The translations under genes were made by a program, and so were the position numbers. Below, piece by piece: positions 62,991 through 64,000 of a DNA stretch of 64,000 bases (its first letter is position 1; each line of letters starts with the position of its first letter). The stretch spans positions 2,624,001-2,688,000 of the forward strand of contig CAWJMB010000002.1 in assembly GCA_963843845.1 (NCBI GenBank). Direction: 5' to 3'. This DNA is from an uncultured Gemmatimonadaceae bacterium (GTDB lineage Bacteria > Gemmatimonadota > Gemmatimonadetes > Gemmatimonadales > Gemmatimonadaceae). The notes under the pieces are model-generated. The model was not told where the DNA came from, did no database searches, and saw only the letters and a list, made by a program, of their open reading frames with translations.

Positions 62991-63719
62991 CTAGCGCGCG
63001 CGCGCAACCCAGCGGTTGGTCGCGTCCAGCACGGCGAGCGCGGCGGCGGTCTCGACGCTCTCGCGCACTTCACAGCTTCCGGTCAACAGCGAGGCGCCGC
63101 GGCCCTGCCGAGCGGTCACGCCGACGAACACGAAGTCGCGGTCGAAGGCGGTGATGACTTCCGCCCCCTCGAGCGTCAGCCCCGCCGCCTCGCGTGCGAG
63201 TTCGCCGAGCGCGCTCAGCGTGGCGCGGGCAGCGATCTCCTCGGTGCGGGCACGCGCGCCAGACTGCGTCTCGGCTTCGGCGTCGACGGACTCCTCGCCG
63301 CGGCGGAGGGTCACCCGACACCAGGCCGAGCGCGACGAGCGGCGGACCTCGACGTCCTCGAACATCACACGCTGCGGGGCGAGGTCGACCGGACTCGCAG
63401 GGACGAGGGTCGGCGTCGGACGCGACGAGCGAGCACGGAAGCCGTCGGAGGTCGTGGCGACAGAGATCTTGCGGTGATCGACGCGCACACCGAAGTGGGC
63501 CAGCAGCGCGCTCTCCACGTTGCGGACGGTCTGCTTCGGAACGACGTCGGCGCTGGTCAGCACGTGGACGTCGCCGACACCGCCGCCGTCGAGCTCCAGG
63601 ATGCGGGCGGAGATGACGCCCGGAAGACTCGCGATCAGCGCCTCGGCATCAGGGATCGAAAGCGGGGGCGCCGCCGGGGGGAGCGGGCGCGCGGCGGTAC
63701 TGCTGGACGGATGCGACAC
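62991..63719 (-). CDS. Conserved hypothetical protein (two-domain; 'VHVL...PKQTVRNVESALLAHFGVRVDHRKISVA' N-domain, C-domain ending 'AVLDATNR')
   Basis: Intact ORF with host-like codon use; start uncertain (GTG 63719 or ATG 63827). Confidence 0.75.
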   Translation of the reverse strand: MSHPSSSTAARPLPPAAPPLSIPDAEALIASLPGVISARILELDGGGVGDVHVLTSADVVPKQTVRNVESALLAHFGVRVDHRKISVATTSDGFRARSSRPTPTLVPASPVDLAPQRVMFEDVEVRRSSRSAWCRVTLRRGEESVDAEAETQSGARARTEEIAARATLSALGELAREAAGLTLEGAEVITAFDRDFVFVGVTARQGRGASLLTGSCEVRESVETAAALAVLDATNRWVARAR

Positions 63720-63928
63720 GGCGGGAGGCGTAAGAGACGGGAACCGGCGACTGCTGGCCGGCACGTGCAACAACCCGAAGCTTTTTCGCGAGGGGGAGAC
63801 GCGAGCGCGAGGGCGCGAGCGTCGCATCCAGAGGAGGGGGGACGAGCGGGAGAGGGGTCGAGCTGACGCGGACTAAAGCTGCACGAACCGTGCGGGTGTC
63901 GCAACCCGTTCAACAGGTGAAACTTACG

Positions 63929-64000
63929 TCAACTGTCGAGGCCGGTGATCGGGAGTTGGTATTCGTGGAGCTTCCGGTACAACGTGCGTTCGCCGATCCC
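63929..64000 (-). CDS. C-terminus (Fis-type HTH) of a sigma54-dependent transcriptional regulator, truncated by window edge
   Basis: Minus strand reads GIGERTLYRKLHEYQLPITGLDS*, the typical NtrC-family HTH end. Confidence 0.8.
   Translation of the reverse strand, partial: GIGERTLYRKLHEYQLPITGLDS

Noticed and set aside
63875..63900. Sigma54 -24/-12 promoter upstream of the 62991 gene (minus strand CCGCAC-N5-GTGCA)
   Set aside because: It lacks the invariant GG at -24, so it is only a partial resemblance.

Overview
High-GC (roughly 70% by eye) bacterial chromosomal window. Gene content and style suggest Gemmatimonadota (inference). It is mostly housekeeping: glmS/glmM, purD, mutM, late futalosine-type menaquinone genes, an ECF sigma/anti-sigma operon, guaB, gpmI, queD, dacB, moeA, an acyl-CoA dehydrogenase-etfBA-FadF/EtfD cluster, an isocitrate dehydrogenase, cstA/ybdD, and a half ATP synthase operon that stops after atpH. 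Large blocks (about 5.3-23.8 kb, 33-35.8 kb, 41.9-47.2 kb, 51.4-58.7 kb) carry many single-base frameshifts in essential genes. This looks like long-read consensus error rather than pseudogenisation, so coordinates there are approximate. No rRNA, tRNA, CRISPR array or IS element was seen. Two things stand out. (1) At 58-64 kb there is a candidate peptide-signalling cassette: a conserved hypothetical gene, then an unannotated 22-aa hydrophobic peptide (MSLILSIIVDGISALSGYPIWN, 62603-62671, minus strand), then a multi-TM HD-GYP phosphodiesterase, converging on a BTAD/STAND-ATPase regulator. A low-GC block begins in the middle of the STAND gene and covers its C-terminal half, the HD-GYP gene and the peptide, like a swappable specificity module. 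(2) The motif YGTTAGGC recurs 10 times and forces in-frame TTA-GGC (Leu-Gly) codons in core genes of this GC-rich genome.
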